Source: an uncultured Actinomycetes bacterium (GTDB lineage: Bacteria; Actinomycetota; Acidimicrobiia; Acidimicrobiales; AC-9). From it: a stretch of DNA of 64,000 bases. This document shows, piece by piece, positions 1 through 16,186 of this stretch. Position 1 is the stretch's first letter. Every line of letters begins with the position of its first letter. The notes beneath the pieces were generated by a model. That model ran no database searches. It was not told where the DNA came from and saw nothing but the letters and a program-made list of their open reading frames with translations. Both the position numbers and the translations under genes were made by a program. Location: NCBI GenBank assembly GCA_963731255.1, contig CAVSUO010000007.1:9755-73754 (forward strand). The letters are read 5' to 3'.

Positions 1-247
1 AGCCGATGTTGCGCCTCAGGTAGGGCACCTTCCAGTGCCTGAGACGGCCGATGTTCCAGCCGGCGACCCAGATCTGGCCGCGGTCGGGGGACTCCTCGCG
101 CAGTATCAGGCGGATGAACGTCGACTTGCCGGCCCCTGACGGACCGACGAGGAAGACGAACTCACCCCGTCCGATCTCGACGGAGCAGTCGCGGAGTGCG
201 GGGACCGTGCCCTTGTAGGTCTTGGTGACGTTGTCCAGTCGGATCAT
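1..247 (-). CDS. ftsE: Cell division ATP-binding protein FtsE, N-terminal part (gene continues off the left edge)
   Basis: Reverse-strand translation from ATG at 245-247 reads MIRLDNVTKTYKGTVPALRDCSVEIGRGEFVFLVGPSGAGKSTFIRLILREE, with Walker A GPSGAGKST. It lies downstream of prfB, the usual prfB-ftsE order. Confidence 0.85.
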   Translation of the reverse strand, partial: MIRLDNVTKTYKGTVPALRDCSVEIGRGEFVFLVGPSGAGKSTFIRLILREESPDRGQIWVAGWNIGRLRHWKVPYLRRNIG

Positions 248-343
248 AGGTATCCACGGAGCAGCGCCCTCCCGCCGAGCGAACGTCGGCCCACTGTCGG
301 ACGGCGACAGTAGCACCCCCCAAGGGGCGCTTCGCCAATCGGG

Positions 344-1450
344 CTAGCCCTCCTGGGCCCGCCGCCAGCGGAGGTACGACTCCATGAACCGGTCGAGGTC
401 GCCGTCCAGCACGGCGTCGACGTTCCCCGTCTCCTCGTTGGTCCGGAGATCCTTCACCAGCTGGTACGGCGCCAGGACGTAGGAGCGGATCTGGTTGCCC
501 CAGGCCACATCGGTCTGCGGTCCCGAGATGGCGTCGAGCTCGGCGCGGCGCTCCTCCCGCTGTCGCTCGGCGAGCTTGGCCCCGAGGATCTGGAGCGCCT
601 TGGCCTTGTTCTGGTGCTGGCTGCGCTCGTTCTGCACCGAGACCACGATCCCGGTCGGGAGGTGGGTGATGCGCACGGCCGAGTCGGTCACGTTGACGTG
701 CTGACCGCCGGCGCCAGAGGAGCGGTAGGTGTCGATCCGGAGGTCTTTCTCGTCGACGTCGACCTCCGCCGACACGTCGTCCAGGAACGGCGCCGCGTCC
801 AGCGACGCGAAACTGGTCTGTCGCCGCTTCTGGGCGTCGAACGGTGACATGCGCACCAGGCGGTGCACGCCGCGCTCGGCAGCCAGCAAGCCGTAGGCGT
901 ACCGGCCTCGCACGATGAAGGTGGCGGACAGGATGCCCGCCTCCTGACCCGGCGACGCCTCGTCGATCTCGACCGAGAAGCCGCGGCGCTCGGCCCAGCG
1001 CAGGTACATGCGCAGCATCGTCTCGGCCCAGTCCTGGGCGTCGGTGCCGCCGGCTCCGGCGTGGATCTCCGCCACCGCGTCCCGGTCGTCGTGCTCACCG
1101 GAGAAGAGCGAGCGCAGCTCGAGGGAATCGAGCTGGCGTCCGAGGTCGGCCACCGCTTCGGCCAGCTCCGACTCCACGGACTCGTCGCCTTCCTCGAGGG
1201 CCAGCTGGTAGAGCGTCTCGGCGTCGGCGAGGCGGGCGTCGAGCCCCGTCAGCAGCTCGACGTCACCGCCGACCCGGCCGTACGCCGTGGTGGTGGTGCG
1301 CGCCGCGTCCGGATCGTCCCAGAGGTCGGGGCGACCCACGTCCGCCTCGAGCGCACGCAGGCGGGCCTGGAGCCCCGGGAGATCGAGGTAGGTCTTGGCC
1401 TCCTCGAGACGCTTGCGCAGCGTGGCCAGGTCGTCAGCGAAGTCGCGCAC
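344..1450 (-). CDS. prfB: Peptide chain release factor 2
   Basis: Intact 368-aa ORF with the SPF tripeptide ([14 protein letters not shown]) and GGQ motif ([19 protein letters not shown]). The ORF is contiguous, with no internal in-frame stop. Confidence 0.95.
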   Translation of the reverse strand: MRDFADDLATLRKRLEEAKTYLDLPGLQARLRALEADVGRPDLWDDPDAARTTTTAYGRVGGDVELLTGLDARLADAETLYQLALEEGDESVESELAEAVADLGRQLDSLELRSLFSGEHDDRDAVAEIHAGAGGTDAQDWAETMLRMYLRWAERRGFSVEIDEASPGQEAGILSATFIVRGRYAYGLLAAERGVHRLVRMSPFDAQKRRQTSFASLDAAPFLDDVSAEVDVDEKDLRIDTYRSSGAGGQHVNVTDSAVRITHLPTGIVVSVQNERSQHQNKAKALQILGAKLAERQREERRAELDAISGPQTDVAWGNQIRSYVLAPYQLVKDLRTNEETGNVDAVLDGDLDRFMESYLRWRRAQEG

Positions 1451-1486
1451 CGGCTACTCCGAGCCACCGGAGGCGGGGCTCCGGCT

Positions 1487-4264
<2,778 letters not shown>

Positions 4265-4330
4265 CGTCCGCCCAGTCTACCGGCGCCCCTGCTGACTTCT
4301 GGGCGGGCGATCCGGCCGCAGCGCATCGCC

Positions 4331-4569
4331 CCGTTCTTCGAAATCGGGCCGATGCGCTGGACCGGCTCACCCCGTGCCATCGGCTCCGTACGGCCGGAGC
4401 GCCCTCCGGGCATTCCTCTGGTTCCACATCTCGTCGAAAGCGGGTTGGGCCGGGCGGGCAGTCAGCTCCAATTTCGACCAAATGTGGAACGGCGGAGATC
4501 TCTGCCCGCGGCTCGCTGGCGGGGCAAGAGGGGGCGGCGCCGGCCGCTGGCCGCCATTTCGAAGAACGG
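4331..4569. repeat. Nested inverted-repeat element in the response regulator-secA spacer
   Basis: Outer perfect 14-nt inverted repeat: CCGTTCTTCGAAAT (4331-4344) / ATTTCGAAGAACGG (4556-4569). Inner inverted repeat: GTTCCACAT..TCGAAA (4421-4439) / TTTCGA..ATGTGGAAC (4472-4490). All four boxes share a TCGAAA/TTTCGA core. Confidence 0.85.
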
Positions 4570-4616
4570 CGGCCGGCGGCGGGCGCGCTCACTCACCGCC
4601 CTCGGGCGAGCTCCCC

Positions 4617-5315
4617 CTAGCGGTCCTCGGCCTCGATCAGGCGTTCCCGGACGGCGTAGATGACCGCCTGCATCCTCGAGTGGAGGTGGAGCTTGTCGAG
4701 GATGTTGTGGACGTGGTTCTTGACCGTGTTCTCCGAGATGTACAGGGAGTCGGCGATGTCCCGGTTGCTCATCCCCCGAGCGACGAGCTTGAGCACCTCG
4801 AGCTCCCGGCCCGTCAGCTCCGGCGGGGGGACCTGGGGCCGCTCCTCGGCCCGCCTGACCAAGGAGTTGAACTCGGTGAGGAGCTTCGAGGCCATGGAGG
4901 GCGAGATGAGGCTCTGGCCCTGGACGACGGCACGGATGGCGTCGGCGACCTCCTCCACCGAGATCTCCTTGAGGAGGTAGCCGTTGGCTCCCGCCTTCAC
5001 GGCTTCGTAGAGGTCCTCCTCGTCGTCGCTCACGGTGAGCATCAGGATCCTGGCCGACGGGGTGACGGTGCGGATGGTGCGCGCCGCCTCGATGCCGTTC
5101 ACCTGGGGCATCCGCACGTCCATCAACACGACGTCGGGAGCGAGCTCCTCAGCCTTGGCGACGGCCTCGGCGCCGTCCTCCGCCTCGCCGACGACCTCGA
5201 TACCACCCTCGGTGCCCAGAACCACGTACAAGCCCCGGCGAAACAGGGCCTGATCGTCCGCGATGAGGACGCGGATGACCTGCCCGTCTTCTCCCGAGAT
5301 CTGGTTGTCGACCAA
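4617..5315 (-). CDS. NarL/LuxR-family two-component response regulator (no kinase gene nearby)
   Basis: 232-aa ORF with a receiver domain (IRVLIADDQ..., VVLMDVRMP) and a C-terminal LuxR HTH (LTGRELEVLKLVARGMSNRDIADSLYISENTVKNHV). TTG start at 5315, 12 nt after the hpf stop. Confidence 0.9.
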   Translation of the reverse strand: MVDNQISGEDGQVIRVLIADDQALFRRGLYVVLGTEGGIEVVGEAEDGAEAVAKAEELAPDVVLMDVRMPQVNGIEAARTIRTVTPSARILMLTVSDDEEDLYEAVKAGANGYLLKEISVEEVADAIRAVVQGQSLISPSMASKLLTEFNSLVRRAEERPQVPPPELTGRELEVLKLVARGMSNRDIADSLYISENTVKNHVHNILDKLHLHSRMQAVIYAVRERLIEAEDR

Positions 5316-5327
5316 GTGTCCCCCGTG

Positions 5328-5903
5328 TCAGGTGGTGTCGATTAGTCCGATTTGACCGTCCTTACGCCGGTATACCACCGCGGCGCGGCCGGTTTCAGCA
5401 TTCGTGAACAGGAAGAACCCGTGGCCCAGTAGGTCCAGCTCGAGGACGGCCTCCTCCGGGGTCATGGGCTTGGTATCGGATTGGACCGTCCGGATGATAC
5501 GCGGCGCATCCTCGTCCGAACCGTCGCCTTCGCTCTCCTCCTCTGCCACGGCCGTTACGGCCTGGGCCCCGGGGGGGACACCGGTGTGCCTGCGGGGGTG
5601 GGAGCGGCCGATCAGGCGACCTTTGAGCTTCTCGAGCCGGTGCTCCAGCTTGTCGACCACGCGATCGACGGCCGCGAACGTGTCGGTGGCCGCCGCCCGG
5701 GCCCGGACGACGTGGCCGTGGCCCACCACGGTCACCTCGCAGACCTCCTTGTCCGCGATGCGGGGGTTTCGCTCCTCGAGGAAGCGGACCTCGGCCCGCT
5801 CCATCGATTCGAGGTAGCGCCCGAGGCGGGTGATCTTCTCCTCGACGGTCGCCTTGAGCAGCTCGGACACCTCGACGTTGCGGCCTTGGATCGAGATGTC
5901 CAC
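5328..5903 (-). CDS. hpf: Ribosome hibernation promoting factor, long form
   Basis: The ORF track gives 5328-6071. I place the start at GTG 5901-5903 (VDISIQGRNVEVSE...), preceded by GGAGGA. The C-terminal dimerisation domain is present (PMTPEEAVLELDLLGHGFFLF). Confidence 0.85.
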   Translation of the reverse strand: MDISIQGRNVEVSELLKATVEEKITRLGRYLESMERAEVRFLEERNPRIADKEVCEVTVVGHGHVVRARAAATDTFAAVDRVVDKLEHRLEKLKGRLIGRSHPRRHTGVPPGAQAVTAVAEEESEGDGSDEDAPRIIRTVQSDTKPMTPEEAVLELDLLGHGFFLFTNAETGRAAVVYRRKDGQIGLIDTT

Positions 5904-6148
5904 GGTGCTCTCCTCCTGTGTCAGCGGGTGGGCCGCGAGCGGCTGACCTGGTCTTTGACCCCACACTCGCCTGCCGAGAGGGTGGCGAGCCGGGCGCTGG
6001 CGGCCGGTTGGCCCCACAGCGCGCCCCGTGGCCCGCGTCGCCTCTTCGCCGCCGGTGCCGACAGCCGGCACGTCGGCGGGCAGGACTTACGCCTAAGCCG
6101 CACCATGCTCAGCAACCAAGGGTTGCCTTACGTGGGTCGTTTCGCCTA

Positions 6149-8585
<2,437 letters not shown>

Positions 8586-8589
<4 letters not shown>

Positions 8590-8852
8590 GCCGTCGTGCC
8601 GCCCGAAGGGCTCTCCCCGGGATCGAACGTCGGCCTGATGCCCTCCGCCTCGGCCTTGGCCACGAGCCTGCCGTGCTCGGCGTCGTCGACCGTCTCGGCC
8701 TCGTCGATGAGCATGATGGGGATGTCGTCCCGGATCGCGTAGCGCCGGTGGAGCCGCGGGTTGTAGAGGCTGTCCTCGTCGCGGAAGTACAGCAACGGCC
8801 CCTTGTCCTCGGGACAGGCCAGGATCTCGAGCAGCAGGGGGTCGAGTGCCAC
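8586..8852 (-). CDS. Trm112-family small protein
   Basis: 88-aa ORF reading LLEILACPEDKGPL...YAIRDDIPIMLIDEA, typical of Trm112/UPF0434 proteins. Confidence 0.7.
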
Positions 8853-8853
8853 C

Positions 8854-10247
8854 TCAGCTCTCCCTTCGGTGGGTGGGACCGGCGCCGGCCGTCTCCCCGG
8901 CCGCCCGGTGGATCATCGCCAGGACCTCCGCCACGTGGTCGTCGCGCTCGGGAGGCGTGCGGGCCTCGAGGTTCAGACGGAGGAGAGGTTCGGTGTTCGA
9001 GGGACGGATGTTGAACCACCAGTCGCCCCAGTCGACGGTCAGCCCGTCGGTGCGGTCGAGGCTCGGACCGCTCACCGAGGCCAGCTCGGCGGCGATCGAC
9101 TCGACGACGGCCACCGGATCGGGAACCTCGGTGTTGATCTCACCCGAGTCGGCGTAGCGCTCGAAGGGCTTTCGCAGCTCGGACAGAGGCTGGCCAGAGG
9201 TGGACAGCAGCTCGAGGACGATCACCGCGGCGATGAGCCCCGAGTCGGCCCGGTAGTTGTCACGGAAGTAGTAGTGCCCCGAGTGCTCGCCGCCGAACAC
9301 GGCGCCCGTCTCGGCCATCACGGCCTTGATGAACGAATGGCCCACGCGGGTGCGGACGGGCACACCCCCGTTCTCTTCGATGACCTCGGGCACAGCCTTG
9401 GAGCAGATGAGGTTGTACAGGATCGTGGCCCCGGGATGCTTCTCGAGCATCGCCCTGGCCACCAGGGCCGTGGTCAGAGAGCCCGAGAGGGGCTGGGCCC
9501 GCTCGTCGACGAGGAAGACCCGGTCGGCGTCGCCGTCGAAGGCCAGCCCGACGTTCGCACCGGTCGCCAGCACCCGCTTGTTGAGGTCGACGAGGTTCTC
9601 CGCCTGGATGGGATCGGCTGGGTGGTTGGGGAAGTTGCCGTCGAGCTCGGGGAAGAGGATCTCCAGCTCGAAGGGCAGAGGGGCCATCACGCTGGGCACG
9701 ACGAGCCCTCCCATGCCGTTGGCCGTGTCGGCCACCACCCGCAGCGGCGCCAGCGCATCCACGTCCACGAAGGACCGCACGTGGGCGGCGTACTCGTCGA
9801 GCAGGTCGGCGTGCTCGACGCGCCCCGCGCCGCCGCCCCGTTGCCCCCCGAGGCGCCAGCCAGAGCCTTGATCTCACCCAATCCGGTGTCCTGGCCGACC
9901 GGGCTGGCTCCGGCCCGGCACATCTTGATGCCGTTGTAGCGGGCCGGGTTGTGCGATGCCGTGAACATGGCGCCCGGCACGTCCAGACGCCCCGAAGCGA
10001 AGTACAGCAGGTCCGTCGATGCGAGGCCGAGGTCGGTCACCGTGGCCCCCTCCGATGCGGCACCGTCGATGAAGGCCTCGCTCAGCGGCCTGCCCGACTC
10101 GCGCATGTCGCGCGCCACCACGAGCCGTGGCGCCCGGGTGAACCGGGCGAAGGCCGACCCGACGGCCCGGCAGACCTCCGTGTCGAGCTGGTCGGGCACG
10201 CTGCCGCGGACGTCGTAGGCCTTGAAGATGGGATCGAGTGGCAACAT
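8854..10247 (-). pseudogene. manB: Phosphomannomutase/phosphoglucomutase, one frameshift near 9810-9850
   Basis: The N-terminal fragment (9687-10247) carries the active-site block MFTASHNPARYNGIK. The C-terminal fragment (8854-9780) carries GLAFDGDADR, GGEHSGH and RPSNTEP. Confidence 0.85.
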
Positions 10248-10297
10248 CAGCGTTCCGAGCCTACTTCGCCGTTACCCGGGCGCCCCCGGCCCCGTGG

Positions 10298-12745
10298 CTA
10301 GGGAGGCGGAGGCGGGCTCGGCGTCGTGTGGGTCGTCGCCGTGGGGCTCCAGGGCAGCGGCGAGAGGGCGCCGATACGGTTGAGGGCGGTCTCGAGCTCT
10401 GTGCCGTCCCTGCCGCGCCCATCGCCCTCCCCCGGTGGCTCCTCCTCGCGCCGGATCCTCCGGCCGCGCCGCGGGCCTCGGGTGACGAGGGGGCGTCCGG
10501 CCATCCACGCCACCGCCGCGAGCCCTCCCGCGGTGACGGCCCAACCCAGGCCGTCAACGGGCGTGAAGCCGTAGTGCAACGACACGTGGTGGCTAGTCGG
10601 GATGACGACCATCAGGTTGGGCGCCACCCGCCAGGGACCGTTGGCCCCGGTGGCCTGCCAGTTGGGGAAGTACGACGTCTTCACCAGCACCGGCGACCCC
10701 GTCTGGTCGACGTCGAAACTGATCCGATCGTCGGTGGTCTTGATGCCGCTCACCTGCACCGGGGCCACGGTCTTGGTCGGCGGGTTGGGATCCGAGCCCC
10801 GGACCCGCGCCCACTGTGACGGCCCGCTTGCGGCCAGCATGACGTTCCACCGGGTGGGGTCGTCGTACCAGGAGACGGCCGCGTTCAGCCACGACTTGCC
10901 GCCCTTGGCCACCCCGGTCATGACGACCGGCTGCTCGGAGAGCGGGGCGACCTCCGCCGCGCCCCGCACCGCGTAGATGTTCCAGGTGCGCTGGATCACC
11001 GTGGAGCCCGACGTCACCGGCCACGGGCCGCTCGTCGCCACCAGGCTCAGGTCCGGATCGGAGGCCGCCTGTGCCTGGGCCTGCGGGGAGAAGGCCATGT
11101 AGTAGCGGACCCCGAGCAGCTGCATGTGGCGTACGCCGGCGGCGACGTCGAGGGGCCCGTAGGGCAGGTTGCGCATGGCCTGCGAGGGCGTCACCGACAG
11201 CTCTGACTGATTGATGAAGTGGTACGGGGTGCTGGCGGCCGATTCGAAGAACAGCCCCTCCATCGACTGGATGCAGTCGTTGGTCCAGTAGGGAAGCAGC
11301 ATGAGTGCCATGGGCGTGCCGAGCTGATCGAGGTCGGGCCCGTACTCCCACATGGCCCGACCACAGCCCTGCTGTTGGCCCAACCTGGCCATCGTGCTGA
11401 TGAGGGCGCGGTACTGCGGGTAGGAGGGCTTGCCCTCGTAGCCGGAGTAGTTCCAGCGCACCCAGTCCGGGACGAAGCTGGCCTGGGGCTTGACCGGCGA
11501 CCACGAGGGAAGGTTCACCAGGGGAGCGGCGACGAAGCCCGCCGCCGCCAGCAGAGCCAGCACGGGCGTGAGGAAGCCCACCAACGCCTCGGTGGTGATC
11601 CGTCCCCCGCCCGCCGAGGCGCCGGCGAGGCCACCGCCCGCCAGGCCACCGCCCGCCAGGCCGGTGCCGGCAATGGTCGGGACCTGGCGGGCGCGGGCCC
11701 GCCACAGCTCCCCTGCGAGCGTCCCGAGCTCAGCGACCGCCACCCCAGCCAGCAGATAGAGGCACAGCACCCAGAACGGCAGCAGGCGTGCGTTGTAGAG
11801 CCTGCCCTGAGGAGCCAGCACGAACCCCGCCGCCGAGAGCACCGCCATGACGGACAGGAACATCCCGATCCGCCGGCGGCGCACGAGCGAGAAGACGACG
11901 CCGACGATGGCGAGCACCAGCACCCATCGCTGCCCGGACGGGAAGAGGTTGTGGGCGTACTCGGTGACCTTCTCCCAACCCATGTCCGTCGTGTACGGAA
12001 GCCGGAACAGGAACGGGATGGACCAGAAGCCGGTGATGGCGAGCCCCGCTGCCACGACGCCGACGATCCATCGCAGCCGCCGGCGGTTCGCGCCCATCAG
12101 CAACAGGACGCCCGCACCGACGAGCACGAAGAAGGTCGGGATCATGTGGCACAGGGCGGTGAGCGCCAGCAGGCCGGCCGCAAGGGCACGGTGCCGGCCA
12201 GTGCGCAGTCCCCGCGCCACGACGCCGAGGAAGACGAGCCCGAGCGAGAGGCTGATCGAGAAGGCGAACTCGCCCGCGAGGGTCGACGCCACGTTGCCGC
12301 CGTAGATCGTGAAGCTCCGCTCGAAGAGGAAGGGCAAGGTGGCCACGCCCAGGCAGGCCGGCCCGGGACGGGCCATCCCGGACAATCGCCCGAACGCCCA
12401 CGCCGCGACCGGCAGGGTCAGCAGCCCGAGGACCGTCACCAGCTTGAACGCGACGCCGTAGGGCAGGACCAGGCCGAAGACGACCACGATGAGGCTGGGC
12501 AGTGGGAAGTAGAAGGTCAGCGCCGGGTAGCCGCCGTACCAGTCGGGGCTCCATCCCGTGAGCCGGCCGTGGGGCAGGAGGTGGTCGCGCAGGAACGCGG
12601 GCACGGCGACGTGCGCGCCGGTGTCTCCGCCGGACGTCGTCGTGTTGAGCAGCAGCAGCGACGGGTGCAGCTGCCACAGGACGAAAGCGACGGCGCCGCC
12701 GACGGCGACGAAGGCTCCCAGGGCTGCGGCAGACGGGCGGCGCAT
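10298..12745 (-). CDS. Large polytopic membrane protein, putative GT-C-type (PTPS-related/YfhO-like) glycosyltransferase
   Basis: About 815 aa from ATG 12743-12745 (MRRPSAAALGAFVAV...). It has at least 10 hydrophobic segments, the block TGWSPDWYGGYPALTFYFPL, a large C-terminal non-membrane domain and a final TM segment. The family call is from memory only. Confidence 0.55.
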   Translation of the reverse strand: MRRPSAAALGAFVAVGGAVAFVLWQLHPSLLLLNTTTSGGDTGAHVAVPAFLRDHLLPHGRLTGWSPDWYGGYPALTFYFPLPSLIVVVFGLVLPYGVAFKLVTVLGLLTLPVAAWAFGRLSGMARPGPACLGVATLPFLFERSFTIYGGNVASTLAGEFAFSISLSLGLVFLGVVARGLRTGRHRALAAGLLALTALCHMIPTFFVLVGAGVLLLMGANRRRLRWIVGVVAAGLAITGFWSIPFLFRLPYTTDMGWEKVTEYAHNLFPSGQRWVLVLAIVGVVFSLVRRRRIGMFLSVMAVLSAAGFVLAPQGRLYNARLLPFWVLCLYLLAGVAVAELGTLAGELWRARARQVPTIAGTGLAGGGLAGGGLAGASAGGGRITTEALVGFLTPVLALLAAAGFVAAPLVNLPSWSPVKPQASFVPDWVRWNYSGYEGKPSYPQYRALISTMARLGQQQGCGRAMWEYGPDLDQLGTPMALMLLPYWTNDCIQSMEGLFFESAASTPYHFINQSELSVTPSQAMRNLPYGPLDVAAGVRHMQLLGVRYYMAFSPQAQAQAASDPDLSLVATSGPWPVTSGSTVIQRTWNIYAVRGAAEVAPLSEQPVVMTGVAKGGKSWLNAAVSWYDDPTRWNVMLAASGPSQWARVRGSDPNPPTKTVAPVQVSGIKTTDDRISFDVDQTGSPVLVKTSYFPNWQATGANGPWRVAPNLMVVIPTSHHVSLHYGFTPVDGLGWAVTAGGLAAVAWMAGRPLVTRGPRRGRRIRREEEPPGEGDGRGRDGTELETALNRIGALSPLPWSPTATTHTTPSPPPPP

Positions 12746-12804
12746 CTGCGCTCTATGTTGCCCGACGCGCCCCCGGGGCACTGTACGGGGGGATGGGACC
12801 TCCC

Positions 12805-13538
12805 CTATCGGGCCAGGGCGATCACGATGACGGTGACTGCGTTGAACAGTCGCGTGGGCCACCATGCCCGGTCCCAGGCGACGCCACCGCTCAGCCAGCA
12901 CGCCGAGCACGACCCCGAAGGCGGTGAGCCCCAGGAGCTGGAGCACCTCGAGGTGGGCCAGCCCGAAGGCGACGGCAGAGACGAGGACGGCAACGGTCGG
13001 GCAGGCGCGACGGCCGAGCGACGCCAGTCCCTTGGTCTTCTCGAGCGAGCGCAGGAGAAGCCCACGGAAGAACAGCTCCTCGACGAGCGGGGCGCCGAGG
13101 ACCACGAAGATCCCGAGCACCACCAGCCCGCCGGTGTCCGCCCCTCCCGTGAGGTGCTGGGCGGGCTGGCCGAGCTGCTGGTCCAGATGCGGGACGAGCA
13201 CGCCGAACCGGGATGTACAGCACCGGCAGCAGGATCAGCTGCGAGCCGAGCCCGACTCCGATTCCGAGTGGCACGTCAGGCCAGAGCTCGCAGCCGGAGC
13301 CCGAAGTCGACCGCCAGCCGCTCGGCCCCCTTCAGGCGGCTGGCGAGCACCGGCGCCCCCGCCAGGCCGACCCAGAGGCCGACGAACGAGGCACCGTGGC
13401 CCCCACGGTCGAGGTCGACGGAGCTCGTCGACGCGCTCGCCAGTGGCACGCGACCCAGATCACCACGGCCAGGCTCGAGGCGATCACGCCGACGACGAAG
13501 CCGAGTATCGCGTCTCCCAGTCCCCACCGACCCTGCAT
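12805..13538 (-). pseudogene. CPBP (CAAX) family intramembrane protease, about 4 frameshifts
   Basis: Motifs EELFFRGLL and AFGLAHL are in one frame. The third motif and true C-terminus (AH..LFNAVTVIVIALAR, stop 12805) are in another. N-terminal TM pieces (GDAILGFVVGVIASSLAVVIW, PLGIGVGLGSQLILLPVLY) are in further frames. The start is uncertain; a Pro-rich extension may reach about 13831. Confidence 0.6.
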
Positions 13539-13910
13539 CGGCGGAGCAGGCCTGCCGTCGGCGTCGGCCGGTGGCGACGGGCGCCCCTCCCAACCGACAG
13601 GCGGGGGCGGCCGGACGCCCGGAGGCGGCGGGCGTCCACCCGTCCCCTCGCGCGGCGGGATCTCCCAACTCGGCTCGGGTCGACCCCACGCCGGTGGCGA
13701 AGGGCGCTGACCAGGCGAACCCCAGGGCTCGGGACCTGTCACGTCCTGGTCGGGCCCGTCACCCCGACCGACGCTCACCCTCGGGATGCGGCGAAGATGC
13801 CGGCGCCGGCCGCAGAGCGAGGAGACGTCCATGCCTCGCGACGTTACCGCCGGGGCTCGACATGCGTGCCCCCTGGGCGTCGGTACGCCGCCCGGACCTC
13901 TAGCATGGGT

Positions 13911-13916
13911 CCCATG
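13911..13916 (+). promoter_or_regulatory. Candidate -10 hexamer (TAGCAT) positioned for a leaderless ftsH mRNA
   Basis: TAGCAT fits the actinobacterial TANNNT pattern. It ends 7 nt before ATG 13924. Confidence 0.25.
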
Positions 13917-13923
13917 AGTCGCC

Positions 13924-16022
<2,099 letters not shown>

Positions 16023-16186
16023 CGCCCGCCCGACGACGATCCGGGTCACTCGACGCGTGGACCCACTGCCAAAGCTGGCGAGGGACGCCGCCTACATCGT
16101 CGTGGGCTTCGGTGTGCTCGGCATCCAGCACGCCCAGGTGCGACGTCAGGGAGCTCCACAAGCGACTCGAGGGGCTGGCCTCCCAG

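Noticed and set aside
344-1450. Programmed +1 frameshift site of prfB.
   Set aside because: I looked for the in-frame UGA near codon 25-26. The RF2 ORF is contiguous from MRDFADDL... through that region, so this genome appears to have the non-frameshifting form.
4331-4569. A LexA/SOS box (GAAC-N4-GTTC) or tRNA T-arm (GGTTCGAATCC-like) hidden in the TTCGAA boxes.
   Set aside because: The half-sites are in the wrong order and spacing for a Cheo-type SOS box. No acceptor or anticodon stems can be drawn around the boxes, so this is not a tRNA or tRNA fragment.
10298-13201. An apparent fusion of a CPBP protease with the 815-aa membrane protein (967-aa ORF).
   Set aside because: The CPBP third motif and stop codon lie in another frame (ending at 12805). 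The in-frame linker is non-protein-like. A good ATG at 12745 starts the large protein.
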